This document shows positions 51,975-62,178 of a stretch of DNA of 64,000 nt, piece after piece (the stretch's first letter is position 1; every line of letters starts with the position of its first letter). The stretch spans positions 163,514-227,513 of the forward strand of contig DAIPJH010000002.1 of assembly GCA_036770365.1 (NCBI GenBank). The letters run 5' to 3'. The DNA is from Rickettsiales bacterium. GTDB lineage: Bacteria > Pseudomonadota > Alphaproteobacteria > Rickettsiales > UBA998. Below the pieces are notes generated by a model. It saw only the letters and a program-made list of their open reading frames with translations, did not search any database and was not told the origin of the DNA. The translations under genes were made by a program, and so were the position numbers.

Positions 51975-53208
51975 TCAACGCCGCTTTATCTGGCACGTAA
52001 TCGTGCAACTCCCAGTAAGCTTCTGCTTGTTTAAGCATCTCTCCCACTATCTTTCCTGCGGGAACGCCCGCCGCCACAATATCTTCACCCTTAAGAGGCA
52101 GCACAGCTATTTCCCATGTATGCAACAGCTCAAGCAACCGAATATCTACTGTTGTGTAAGATTCTGTCATATCACGCACATATAACAACATCGCGCCATG
52201 ACGCCCCACGCGACGTACCATCAATTTAGCATAAACCTCATTCCATGGGTGTGCATCATACTCAACCAACAAAGCCAAATGCTTGCTCATCTGCACAGAA
52301 AGCCGCCAACGCTGCGCCACATAAATATGCGCCCCCACCTCCAAACTACGTAGCCATAACGCTAACCGCAATAACACATCCATCTCCACATGCGGCTGTC
52401 TTTCCAAGTTCATAAGATGAACAAGCAACGTTTCTATCAAAGGATACGTTTTTTTCGACGACGCTCCCATCACCAGCGCATCTACACCAACCTCGACCAT
52501 CGCCTGCAACGCTTTCAAGGGGCGTGGAGCAGCCAATAATTTTAACATTTCCGTTTGAATGCGTTCACCTGAAATCTGCTCCAACCCCCGCCCATGAAGA
52601 CGACATGCCGCTAACGCCTCCACATCGCTCTCCCCCTTACCATGCGTGGCATAAAACCGAAAAAAACGCAAAACTCTCAGATAATCTTCCTCTATACGTG
52701 CCGAGGCATCACCAATAAAACGTACATATCCAGCTTTTGCGTCTTCAATACCACCACAATAATCAATGATTTCTACCATATCTGTAATCTTATGTGCATC
52801 TATGGCCAGCGCATTCATTGTAAAGTCTCGACGAAGCGCATCTTCTATCCAATCTTCCGTAAAAACAACATCGGCACGACGACCATCACAATGAATATCT
52901 CGACGAAGTGTCGTGATCTGAATAGACTCACCCAAAACCATTGCCGTAATTGTACCATGCTTCAATCCAGTAGGAATCACTCGAAGCCCTGCTTTTTCCA
53001 ATCGTGCCGTCACATCTTCTGGCGGCAAAGGCGTACAAGCGTCAACGTCTTTAACCTCTCGCCCCATCAAGGTATCTCGCACACAACCACCAATAAAACG
53101 CAGTGGAATTGCCTGCTCTCGCAACACTGTAACAAATTGACCAATAGCAGCACTATTCAACCATGAAGGACGTGCTACTGTAATACTATGAGATTGAAAA
53201 GATGTCAT
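51940..53208 (-). CDS. cca: CCA-adding tRNA nucleotidyltransferase / poly(A) polymerase family
   Basis: GGCVRDTLMGREVKDVD head-domain motif and RRDFTMNA. ATGA overlap with glnD. Confidence 0.8.
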   Translation of the reverse strand: MTSFQSHSITVARPSWLNSAAIGQFVTVLREQAIPLRFIGGCVRDTLMGREVKDVDACTPLPPEDVTARLEKAGLRVIPTGLKHGTITAMVLGESIQITTLRRDIHCDGRRADVVFTEDWIEDALRRDFTMNALAIDAHKITDMVEIIDYCGGIEDAKAGYVRFIGDASARIEEDYLRVLRFFRFYATHGKGESDVEALAACRLHGRGLEQISGERIQTEMLKLLAAPRPLKALQAMVEVGVDALVMGASSKKTYPLIETLLVHLMNLERQPHVEMDVLLRLALWLRSLEVGAHIYVAQRWRLSVQMSKHLALLVEYDAHPWNEVYAKLMVRRVGRHGAMLLYVRDMTESYTTVDIRLLELLHTWEIAVLPLKGEDIVAAGVPAGKIVGEMLKQAEAYWELHDYVPDKAALINYLSHHYHLS

Positions 53209-55937
53209 CGGACCAAATAACCTGTGTTCATCACATGATATAATGCTTCTTGAATCTGCTCCATTCGCTTGGGATGTGCAATCTTCATTCCATAAGCATC
53301 ACGCACATAAAACACATCCACCGCTTTTTCGCCGTAAGTATTAATATGTGCAGAACTAATATTAAGTCCTTGCATTTGCAAGCAACGACAAATCGTATGT
53401 AACAACCCAATTCTATCCGCTGTTGAAATCTCAATAATGGAATAAGAAGGGCTTTCATTATTCTCAAAGCTCACCTGTGTAGGAACATTAAAATGATCTC
53501 GCTTAGACGGATAAGCAACGCGAGAATGCGCAAGCAACCTTGGCGCATCTATTTTACCCTCCACAACATCTTCTACGTTATTCAATAACAACGCATGATG
53601 TTCCTCTTCTACAGCATGATTATCTTGCCCTTGGATATGCCATGTTTGTACCGCCCAACCATCCTTCAACGTAAAAATATTGGCATTCACAATATTCAAA
53701 TGGGAAAGCGAAATTGCTGCGGCAACGTCTGCCATCAACCCTTTTCTATCTGGCGTACACACTGTAAGTTCCGTTGCGTCCAAAAAGACATCCGAACGTA
53801 TATCCATTACAACATGACGTCCCAATTCCTCTGCCACACGCAATAAGCGGGCAACAACAGCATGACCAAGTGCATCACGGCTACTGAAAAAGCTCGTATG
53901 ACCACGCCACAAATAATAATCACGATCCACTTCTTTCCAATCTACTAGCGTAGTCTGCAATTGCTCCTTTAACGCACTCATTTGATTTGTATTTGTTTCC
54001 AAGCTGCCCGTACGTAAATACTCCGCACAAAGATGGTAAAGATCTCGAATCAACCCCCCTTTCCAACCATTCCAAACTTTTGGTCCTACCGCACGAATAT
54101 CTGCCACTGTCAATAAAAGCAATAACCGAAGGCGATCTACCGTTTGCACCTCTTGACCAAAATAATGAATGGTCGCAGGATCGTGCAGATCACGCTTAAA
54201 AACAGCATCACTCAATAAAGATTGATGCTCAATCAACCACCCTACCGTTTCAATTTCTGCTTGAGAAGAACCTAACTGCCGCGCAAGTTTTCGCCCAATT
54301 GGAATACCCTTAACTTCATGATCTCCACCTCTACCCTTAGCAATATCATGGCACAACATTGCCACATACAGCACGCGTTTAGATGTAATCAATGGCATCA
54401 TTTTATGCGATAAGGGTAGCTCATGCTTTAACTCTCCGCGCTCAATCGCATGTAGAATTCCTATGGCTGTTAAAGTATGTTCATCCACCGTATAGATATG
54501 ATACATATCAAACTGCATCTGCCCGACCACATGTGCAAAATCGGGAAAGAATTTTGCTAGTAATCCTGTATCATTCATCATTCTCAACGTTGCGTATCCC
54601 CGCTGAGGATGCATTAAAATACTCAAAAACCAAAAAATCACGTCGGAATGATGACGAAAGTTATGACGCGTAGCAGGTAATGACCGTGTAATCGCCTGCA
54701 ATGCTTTCGGATGCAAGGGCAACCCCTCCATACAAAAAACATAAAACAACTTCATCATCAAAGATGGTTGCGTTTGCACATTTTCCATATCACGAAAACT
54801 GAGACGTCCACTTTGCAACACGATATGCTCATGACGTCTGAATTTATCCAACAGCCCAGCAAGAAACATCCGCGGCGCACGACGCTGCTCTTCTTCTAAG
54901 GTTGCGCAAAACAATCCCGTCAACATCCCATTATCACGCGCCACTTGAAAATAACGCTTCATAAAACGCTCAACCGCTTGATTGCTTGTGTGACCACGAT
55001 ACCCCATCGCTTCTGCGATGCGCCGCTGCATATCAAACGTCAAACGTTCTTCTGCACGGTTTGAAAAATAATGCAGGTAAATACGCACCACCCATAAAAA
55101 ATGCTGCGCACGACGGTAACTACGGTATTCTACATCGGTAAGTCGACCCTGTGGCACAAGATCGCGCACACGATCAATCCCATAAGTATAGCGCGCCAAC
55201 CAATACAGCGTGTGCATATCCCTAAGCGCACCCTTACCCTCTTTAACATTTGGTTCTAAAATATAACGTGAATCCCCTGATTTTTCGTGCCGTTTATCAC
55301 GTTCTTTTAATTTAGCGTCAATAAACTGTCCCTCACTCCATGCGTCTCGCGCTCGTAATGCGGCAGCACGCAATTGTTCAAAAAGATCGGCGTCGCCACC
55401 AATCAACCGTGCATCAAGGAACGCGGTAAGTACCGTATGATCTTCCTTTGCCGCCACTTCACACTGCAACGGTGTTCTGACAGCATGACCAACCTGAAAC
55501 CCCAAATCCCATAACACATACAACATCAAAGAGGCCATCTCTGTAATGACCTCTTCAGAAGCCGAGGCATGAAGACACATGATATCAATATCAGAAAAAG
55601 GGAAAAGACGTCGACGACCATAACCGCCCAAAGCCACCCATGACATATGATCATCCATAACAAATCCATGCTGCTTCGCATGAGCTTGTGTATAGCGCGC
55701 CACAAAATGAATAATATTGTCCACCATATCACTCAATTGACGAATAGTAGTATCAGGATGATGTTGACGAAAAAACTGCGCTTTGATGTCTTCTCGTTGA
55801 TGAGATAGCCAAGGCTTCAAGATCGCGACCAACTCAGCCTGTGCGTCTTTCATATCAGCGCAGACATCAATAAGAGCTGGTAATTGACTCCCGTGTCCTT
55901 TACCAATAATATTCACCGTGGTACTTTGTGTCGGCAT
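53205..55937 (-). CDS. glnD: [protein-PII] uridylyltransferase/uridylyl-removing enzyme
   Basis: 910 aa with a nucleotidyltransferase domain (ALGGYGRRRLFPFSDIDI), an HD domain (LCHDIAKG) and two C-terminal ACT domains. Confidence 0.92.
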   Translation of the reverse strand: MPTQSTTVNIIGKGHGSQLPALIDVCADMKDAQAELVAILKPWLSHQREDIKAQFFRQHHPDTTIRQLSDMVDNIIHFVARYTQAHAKQHGFVMDDHMSWVALGGYGRRRLFPFSDIDIMCLHASASEEVITEMASLMLYVLWDLGFQVGHAVRTPLQCEVAAKEDHTVLTAFLDARLIGGDADLFEQLRAAALRARDAWSEGQFIDAKLKERDKRHEKSGDSRYILEPNVKEGKGALRDMHTLYWLARYTYGIDRVRDLVPQGRLTDVEYRSYRRAQHFLWVVRIYLHYFSNRAEERLTFDMQRRIAEAMGYRGHTSNQAVERFMKRYFQVARDNGMLTGLFCATLEEEQRRAPRMFLAGLLDKFRRHEHIVLQSGRLSFRDMENVQTQPSLMMKLFYVFCMEGLPLHPKALQAITRSLPATRHNFRHHSDVIFWFLSILMHPQRGYATLRMMNDTGLLAKFFPDFAHVVGQMQFDMYHIYTVDEHTLTAIGILHAIERGELKHELPLSHKMMPLITSKRVLYVAMLCHDIAKGRGGDHEVKGIPIGRKLARQLGSSQAEIETVGWLIEHQSLLSDAVFKRDLHDPATIHYFGQEVQTVDRLRLLLLLTVADIRAVGPKVWNGWKGGLIRDLYHLCAEYLRTGSLETNTNQMSALKEQLQTTLVDWKEVDRDYYLWRGHTSFFSSRDALGHAVVARLLRVAEELGRHVVMDIRSDVFLDATELTVCTPDRKGLMADVAAAISLSHLNIVNANIFTLKDGWAVQTWHIQGQDNHAVEEEHHALLLNNVEDVVEGKIDAPRLLAHSRVAYPSKRDHFNVPTQVSFENNESPSYSIIEISTADRIGLLHTICRCLQMQGLNISSAHINTYGEKAVDVFYVRDAYGMKIAHPKRMEQIQEALYHVMNTGYLVR

Positions 55938-55984
55938 TGCCCTAAACCTTCAACGTCATTTTCAACCCTTAAAAGGATAAGCGC

Positions 55985-56884
55985 GTGACCCCTGCGTCGC
56001 AAGGAAAAACATGGAATGCAATGGCGCGAATGATCGCAGCCATGGCATCCTTTGCCATTATGAACATCCTCATACGCCTTGTTTCACTTGATTTACCCAC
56101 TCCTGAAATTGTTTTTTTGCGCAATGTTTTTGCCACATGTATGTTTTTACCTTATATCACCTACGTAGGAAAAGATGCTTTAAAAACCCCAAGAATCACA
56201 CGTCATGTCTGGCGTGCTTTGGTTGGCATTATTTCTATGGAACTTTGGTTTTATGCCCTTGCCATTATGCCGCTGACCGACGCGACCGCCCTTAGCTTTA
56301 CCTCACCATTATGGGCAACGTTGATGGCCGTATTTTTTCTGGGTGAAAGAATCGGCATTCACCGCTTTGCAGCGTTAATAATAGGTTTTATAGGTGCAAT
56401 GCTTATCCTTCGCCCATCCCCTGATTTAGGCATTCAGATATCCTCTTATATCGTCCTCATCTCTGCTATGCTGATGGCAGCGGCAAGCATACTTGTCAAA
56501 TCACTTACCCATACTGATCCCGTGTGGCGCATCGTGTTTTATATGTCCTTATTTATGAGCATGTTTTCACTTGTTCCTGCTTTTTACGTATGGCAACCCA
56601 TCACCCCACATCAACTCACGCTCATTTTTGGTATTGCCTGTTTTTCTGTACTAGCACATTTACTCATGGTTTCTGCGTTTACTCGCGCCTCTCTTGTGAT
56701 CCTGATGCCACTTGATTTTATGCGATTAGTCTTCACTGCAATCTTAGCACATCTTGCTTTTCATGAACGACTAGATAAATGGACAGCCGTTGGGGCAACT
56801 ATTATCATTGCAAGCACCTGTTATATCAGCTACCGAGAATCAAGAAAAAACCGAGCCATCGCTGAGACACCCAAATGCATATAG
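55985..56884 (+). CDS. EamA/DMT-family transporter
   Basis: 10-TM duplicated EamA pattern. The start is uncertain: GTG 55985 or ATG 56021. Confidence 0.7.
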   Translation: MTPASQGKTWNAMARMIAAMASFAIMNILIRLVSLDLPTPEIVFLRNVFATCMFLPYITYVGKDALKTPRITRHVWRALVGIISMELWFYALAIMPLTDATALSFTSPLWATLMAVFFLGERIGIHRFAALIIGFIGAMLILRPSPDLGIQISSYIVLISAMLMAAASILVKSLTHTDPVWRIVFYMSLFMSMFSLVPAFYVWQPITPHQLTLIFGIACFSVLAHLLMVSAFTRASLVILMPLDFMRLVFTAILAHLAFHERLDKWTAVGATIIIASTCYISYRESRKNRAIAETPKCI

Positions 56885-57717
56885 ACGCTCACAGCCATCA
56901 CACCTCACCAGCGGCTATGTTGCGCAGCCTGTGGCAACATCGTCATCTTTTACTTCAGCTCACCAAGCGTGACATCCAAAGCCGTTATCGTGGCTCCGCA
57001 CTAGGTATCTTATGGTCTTTTGCCACTCCTATATTGATGCTGATTGTTTATACCGTTGTGTTCTCTGGCGTTTTCAAGGCAAAATGGACCGGGGGCGGTA
57101 ATCTTCACGCAGACAACACCTCCCATTTCGCACTCATTCTTTTCTCTGGACTCATGATCCATAATTTCTTTAGCGAGTGCCTATCACGCGCACCCTCAAT
57201 CATCCTCAATCATGCAAGCTTTGTAACCAAAGTAGTCTTCCCATTAGAAATCTTAGCCCCAATGTTGGTGCTTTCTGCTTGTTTTAACTACCTCATCAGC
57301 CTCTGCGTTTTTTTCGCTGCCATGTTAGTCCTCGGAGCGACACCAGATAGCCATATTTTCTACCTTCCCATCATACTTTTTCCACTTGGACTGATGATGT
57401 TAGGGGGCGCGTGGGTACTCGCAGCTATGGGTGTCTTTCTTCGTGACATCGGACAAATGATAGGTCTTACTATGACCATTATGCTCTTTTTAAGCCCCAT
57501 CTTTTATCCTGTTGATGCGCTGCCTCTTTCTTGGCAACCCTTTATCTACCTCAATCCCCTTAGCTTCATTGTCGAGCAAGCGCGAAACGTAATGCTATGG
57601 CACACCGCCCCTGCGTGGAAAGGCGTTGCCTACTATATGCTCGCAGGTATTTTTAGTGCTTATACAGGCTTTTACGTTTTCCAAAAAACACGCAAGGCCT
57701 TCGCTGATGTTCTGTAA
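56875..57717 (+). CDS. ABC-2 type polysaccharide/O-antigen exporter permease (Wzm-like)
   Basis: LWQHRHLLLQLTKRDIQSRYRGSALGILWSF N-terminus plus six TM segments. No cognate ATPase gene follows. Confidence 0.75.
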   Translation: MHIDAHSHHTSPAAMLRSLWQHRHLLLQLTKRDIQSRYRGSALGILWSFATPILMLIVYTVVFSGVFKAKWTGGGNLHADNTSHFALILFSGLMIHNFFSECLSRAPSIILNHASFVTKVVFPLEILAPMLVLSACFNYLISLCVFFAAMLVLGATPDSHIFYLPIILFPLGLMMLGGAWVLAAMGVFLRDIGQMIGLTMTIMLFLSPIFYPVDALPLSWQPFIYLNPLSFIVEQARNVMLWHTAPAWKGVAYYMLAGIFSAYTGFYVFQKTRKAFADVL

Positions 57718-57723
57718 GTGAAG

Positions 57724-57746
57724 GGCTAGAAAAGAAACTTCTAGCC
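57724..57746 (+). terminator. hairpin after the ABC-2 permease gene
   Basis: GGCTAGAA-aagaaac-TTCTAGCC, 6 nt after the stop codon. No T-run. Confidence 0.35.
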
Positions 57747-58047
57747 TCTAACTCCCAACCCCCAGCTCCTCTTTACTGTATCAATCTTGCAACAAATTTA
57801 ATTGCTCGCCCGTACAATACCAAGCTGCGCCCATTTACCATTGACACTTTCGAATCACTGTTCTTTAAGGGTACACAAGCAATTAACGTGAAGTTTCTGG
57901 AAGCTAGTAGCTTCTTGAGGTTTATGCGTTAACGCGCTGGATATTTTTTATCTTGCAATTGTAAGGGCGGACGCTAAAGTGTCTCCCGACCTATTGCTCG
58001 GTAGGAAATCTAGAAATAATTCTCAACAACTAAAGAAGGTTTTGAAC

Positions 58048-60243
58048 ATGGCTGTTTTAAATTTCTCAGACATCGTGGGTACCACGACAGCGTTTGATTC
58101 TGCTGCGGACGAACTCGTCCTCACAGGTGACGCATCTGGCTACCGTTTCACCCAATCGGGTGCAGACGTTGTAGTTAGCAACTCAACCAACCAAACCGTG
58201 ACACTTACAGGCTTGACTTTGTCTGCTCTAGTAAACGGCACCAACATTTCTGCTGATGCTTCTGCTGCAATCTTCGGTGATGACACATCATCTACCACTG
58301 CTGATGCAAGCGGCAACACCATCAACTTCACCACAGACGCTGATTATTCTACGGTAGAAGACGCTAATAACGTAGTTTACGGTCTTGGTGGCGGCGATAC
58401 CCTTACCCTTGGCAATGGCGATAACGTCATTTTCGGCGGTTCAGCTGTTGCAGACTCTACCGATGGTGCAGATGCTATCGTTGTTGGCACTGGTTCAAAC
58501 GTGATTTACGCTAACGCAGGTGCAGATACCGTAACCGTAAACACCGACACAGGTGAAACCACTACCGTTTATGGTGGTCTTGGCAACGACACACTTCGCA
58601 ACAATGGCACTGAAGAAGGTTCTTTGGTTCTATTCGGTGGCGCAGGTCGTGATACCATCACCCTAATCAACGGCGGCAACTTTGCTGGCGTAGCTACCAT
58701 TTATGGTGGTTCTGGCGCAGCGGACTCTACCGATGACAAAGACACCATCAACACAGGTGACGGCAATGCAGTTGTTTATGCTAACGCTGGTAACGACACC
58801 GTAAACATCTATTCTGATGAAGCAGCTACAGTATATGGCGGCGTAGGCAGCGATGTGATCAATGATGGCGAAGCTATCTCTGGCTCTTATGTTATCACCG
58901 CAGGTGCAGGCACAGATACTGTAAGCCTTAACCAACTCGCAAGCGGCGCGGCTGTTACTGTTTATGGCGGTATCGGTGCAGAAGATTCTACCGATGGCAA
59001 TGATAGCATTACGCTTATCGCGGCTGGCGGTGAAGTTTCTGCTGTTCTTTATGGTAATGCTGGCGATGATAGCATTGACTTTGATGATGCTACAGGCACC
59101 ATCACAGGTACTGTTTATGGTGGTCTTGGTGATGACACCGTACTTGCTGGCGCAGGTGATGATTCTGTTGTTTCAGGCACAGGTGACGATTCAATCGTAG
59201 GTCTTGCTGGTGACAACAATCTTGACGCTGGTGAAGGTGATGACTTTATCTCTGCTACCACTGGTTCAGATACCATCGTTGCAGGTGCTGGGGTTGATAC
59301 CATCGACGCTGGTGCGGGTGACAACTCACTTGAAGGTGGCGCGGGCGCAGATGACATCACAGCTACCACTGGTGCGGATACCGTTGTTGCTGGTGACGGC
59401 AATGACACCGTAGATGCTGGTGCGGGTGCTAACTCAATTGAAGGCGGCCTTGGCAACGATGACATCACAACCACAACCAATGATGACACCATTTTTGGTG
59501 GCGAAGGTAAAGATACCATCGACGCTGGTGACGGTGCTAACTCAATTGAAGGTGGCATTGGCAATGACGTTATTGACACCTCTGGTACAGGCGTAAGCAC
59601 TATCAATGGTGGCGAAGGCAACGATGATCTTGATTCTGCAAGCACAGGTGCTGACGAAATCAATGGTGATGCTGGTAACGATACCATCGAAGGTGGTGCT
59701 GGTGCTGATATCATCAACGGTGGCGAAGGCAATGACACCATTCTTTCTGAAGCTGGTGCTGATGAAGTAACTGGTGGTGCTGGTGCTGATGTATTCCAAT
59801 TCGAATACACCAACCTTAACGCAACACGTACCAACGTTGATACTGTTATTGACTTCGAAGCTGGTGACGATATTGACATCACAGCTATTACGCTTACTGA
59901 CCTACATGGTAACGGTACAGATTACCTCGAAGGTGATAGCACAACAACCGTTGGCACCGACACGGGTATCTTCGTAACCACAACCGCTGCTGCTGATTTC
60001 TCAGTTGCAAACGGTGTGGGTATTGAAGTTGCAATTGACACATTCTTCAATGCTTTGGGTAACACCATTGCCTATGCAATGGTCAGCAACGATACCGATG
60101 CTGTATTGGTTCGCATTGTTGATGCAGATAACGATAACGACATTTCTGACGCTGGTGATCTTCAGTTCGTTGCAACCTTTGAAGGGGTTACAACTTCTGA
60201 TCTTGAGGCACTTTCTGCTTCTGACTTCACTGACTTCGTATAA
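58048..60243 (+). CDS. RTX (repeats-in-toxin) calcium-binding exoprotein, non-enzymatic; type I secretion substrate
   Basis: Dozens of GGxGxD nonapeptides. C-terminal DTVIDFEAGDDIDI motif and acidic tail ...SDFTDFV. An AAGAAGG SD precedes the ATG at 58048; the track start is 57979. Confidence 0.85.
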   Translation: MAVLNFSDIVGTTTAFDSAADELVLTGDASGYRFTQSGADVVVSNSTNQTVTLTGLTLSALVNGTNISADASAAIFGDDTSSTTADASGNTINFTTDADYSTVEDANNVVYGLGGGDTLTLGNGDNVIFGGSAVADSTDGADAIVVGTGSNVIYANAGADTVTVNTDTGETTTVYGGLGNDTLRNNGTEEGSLVLFGGAGRDTITLINGGNFAGVATIYGGSGAADSTDDKDTINTGDGNAVVYANAGNDTVNIYSDEAATVYGGVGSDVINDGEAISGSYVITAGAGTDTVSLNQLASGAAVTVYGGIGAEDSTDGNDSITLIAAGGEVSAVLYGNAGDDSIDFDDATGTITGTVYGGLGDDTVLAGAGDDSVVSGTGDDSIVGLAGDNNLDAGEGDDFISATTGSDTIVAGAGVDTIDAGAGDNSLEGGAGADDITATTGADTVVAGDGNDTVDAGAGANSIEGGLGNDDITTTTNDDTIFGGEGKDTIDAGDGANSIEGGIGNDVIDTSGTGVSTINGGEGNDDLDSASTGADEINGDAGNDTIEGGAGADIINGGEGNDTILSEAGADEVTGGAGADVFQFEYTNLNATRTNVDTVIDFEAGDDIDITAITLTDLHGNGTDYLEGDSTTTVGTDTGIFVTTTAAADFSVANGVGIEVAIDTFFNALGNTIAYAMVSNDTDAVLVRIVDADNDNDISDAGDLQFVATFEGVTTSDLEALSASDFTDFV
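59254..59577 (+). repeat. three diverged tandem 108-bp (36-aa, four-nonapeptide) super-repeats
   Basis: Units lie at 59254-59361, 59362-59469 and 59470-59577. They encode ATTGxDTxVAGxGxDTxDAGAGxNSxEGGxGxDDIT. Confidence 0.85.
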
Positions 60244-60265
60244 GTCGTTTAGGTTACTACGAATC

Positions 60266-60296
60266 AGGGCTGGGTTTTTTAACCCAGCCCTTTTTC
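60266..60296 (+). terminator. rho-independent terminator between the RTX gene and the T1SS genes
   Basis: AGGGCTGGGTT-tttt-AACCCAGCCCT followed by TTTTT, 23 nt after the RTX stop. Confidence 0.7.
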
Positions 60297-60447
60297 TTTG
60301 TCTATTGCAACAACAAAGGCATTGTCCCCTCTAGCTCCCCCCGTAAACATGGAGAGAATACGCCAAGTAAACCTCTTATAAAAAAACAATGATTGCCAAG
60401 TAAAAAAATAAAGAATATGACAGCCATCTATCATGGAGGTCGTTCAA

Positions 60448-62166
60448 ATGAAGTCATTGTTACAATCAGCCGACAAGCCGATGCTAAAAATTCTTCTTAA
60501 AGCAAAACGCTCCATCCTCTATGCTTCACTATTCTCGCTTGCCATTAACTTGCTGATGCTCGCAATGCCAATTTATTCCATGCAGATTCTTGACCGTGTG
60601 ATGTCGAGCCATAGCATGGAAACCCTCATCATGCTCACCGTAATTTGCGTCGCATGGCTCGCTTTCCTTGCTGTCTTCATGGCAGTACGTTCTTTTATTT
60701 TTAATAGCATCACGGAATGGTTGGATCGCACACTCGCGCCATATCTATTGGAGGATGCCATCACCAAATCAGCTCTTGGCGCACGCATCAACGCTTCTCA
60801 ACATCAACGCGATTTGGGAACAATCAAGGCCTTTATCAGCGGTGGTCTCGGCACATTACTCGACGCTCCATGGTCTTTTATCTATATTTTACTCATTTAC
60901 ATGATGGCACCCTTGCTCGGCTTTGTGTGTATTGTTGGCCTTGTAATCATGATTGGCATGGGTGTTATTAATGAAGTTGCCACCAAAAAAGTTTCTGGTC
61001 GTGCTTCTCGTGAATCCATTCTCAGCCAACAACTAGCTGACACCGCCAGCCGTAACTCTGAGGCGATTGAATCCATGGGTATGATGGATAATATCATCAA
61101 TAACTGGAAAAAAATTCATCTTGGTTCTATGGAACATCAGGTGATTGCCTCTCATCGTGCTAACCTGATTCAATCTTTCTCTCGTTTTTTACGTCTGCTC
61201 ATCCAGATTGCCATCACAGGGTTCGGTGGCTACCTTGTGATTCAAGGTGAAATCACCTCGGGCGCAATGATCGCAAGCTCAACCTTGGTAGGTCGTGCGC
61301 TTGCCCCATTTGAAGGCGCAATCACCTTATGGAAAACATGGTTGGCAACGCGCGAGGCTTATAGCCGTCTTAATGAGAACCTTGCCAAAACGCGATTAAT
61401 CGAACGTGGTCATATCGAGCTTCCAATGCCACATGGTGCGCTTAGTGTAGAAAATGTTGTCTACACACCTGCACGTTCTGCCCCTATCATTAAGAATGTT
61501 TCCTTCTCTTTAAACTCGGGAGAAGGTCTTGGTATCATCGGCCCATCTGCTGCGGGGAAATCCACCTTATCACGCCTTATCATTGGACTACTCCCACCAA
61601 CGCATGGTGCAGTACGTTTAGACGGCGCAGAAACCTTTAAATGGATGCGTTCTGACTTTGGTAAATATGTTGGATATTTGCCGCAGAATGTTGATTTATT
61701 TCCCGGTACGATCAAAGACAACATTGCCCGTATGGATCCTGATGCTCCTATGGAAAAAGTTCTTGAAGCAGCCCAGATGGCAAATGTACATGAACTGATT
61801 TTACGCTTACCCAAAGGCTACGAAACAGAATGTGGAGATAATAATCTCAACCTATCCCCAGGACAACGTCAACGCGTTGGCTTGGCGCGTGCGCTCTACA
61901 ACAACCCTAAATTCGTACTACTCGATGAGCCAAACCTCAATCTTGATGGCGAAGGTGAACGCGCACTCATTGATGTACTACGCAAAATGAAAACAGCGGG
62001 AATGACCTTCGTTGTTGTAGCACATAGACCAACCATTGTCTCTACTGTGGATAAATTATTAGTACTACGCGCAGGTACAGTTGAGAAATTTGGCCCTCGG
62101 GACGAAATTTTACGTCAATACACAGGCGCAAACCAAGCGGCGCAAGCACTACAAGCTGTGAACTAG
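60448..62166 (+). CDS. type I secretion system ABC transporter (PrtD/AprD/RsaD class, no C39 domain)
   Basis: TMD plus NBD with Walker A GPSAAGKST, signature LSPGQRQRVGLARA and Walker B VLLDEPNLNLD. A GGAGG SD lies 8 nt before the ATG at 60448. Confidence 0.9.
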   Translation: MKSLLQSADKPMLKILLKAKRSILYASLFSLAINLLMLAMPIYSMQILDRVMSSHSMETLIMLTVICVAWLAFLAVFMAVRSFIFNSITEWLDRTLAPYLLEDAITKSALGARINASQHQRDLGTIKAFISGGLGTLLDAPWSFIYILLIYMMAPLLGFVCIVGLVIMIGMGVINEVATKKVSGRASRESILSQQLADTASRNSEAIESMGMMDNIINNWKKIHLGSMEHQVIASHRANLIQSFSRFLRLLIQIAITGFGGYLVIQGEITSGAMIASSTLVGRALAPFEGAITLWKTWLATREAYSRLNENLAKTRLIERGHIELPMPHGALSVENVVYTPARSAPIIKNVSFSLNSGEGLGIIGPSAAGKSTLSRLIIGLLPPTHGAVRLDGAETFKWMRSDFGKYVGYLPQNVDLFPGTIKDNIARMDPDAPMEKVLEAAQMANVHELILRLPKGYETECGDNNLNLSPGQRQRVGLARALYNNPKFVLLDEPNLNLDGEGERALIDVLRKMKTAGMTFVVVAHRPTIVSTVDKLLVLRAGTVEKFGPRDEILRQYTGANQAAQALQAVN

Positions 62167-62178
62167 AAGGACAAAACA

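Noticed and set aside
58380-59800. Regularly spaced DNA repeats considered as a possible CRISPR-like array.
   Set aside because: The periodicity is 27 bp, in frame, and encodes GGxGxD nonapeptides. There are no spacer-like unique segments and no cas genes.
59115-59882. 255-aa Ser/Pro/Ala-rich ORF antisense to the RTX gene, plus several shorter ORFs in other frames of the same region.
   Set aside because: This is a by-product of the GGT/GAT/GCT-rich repeat codons read on the opposite strand. It has no RBS and lies entirely inside a well-supported gene.
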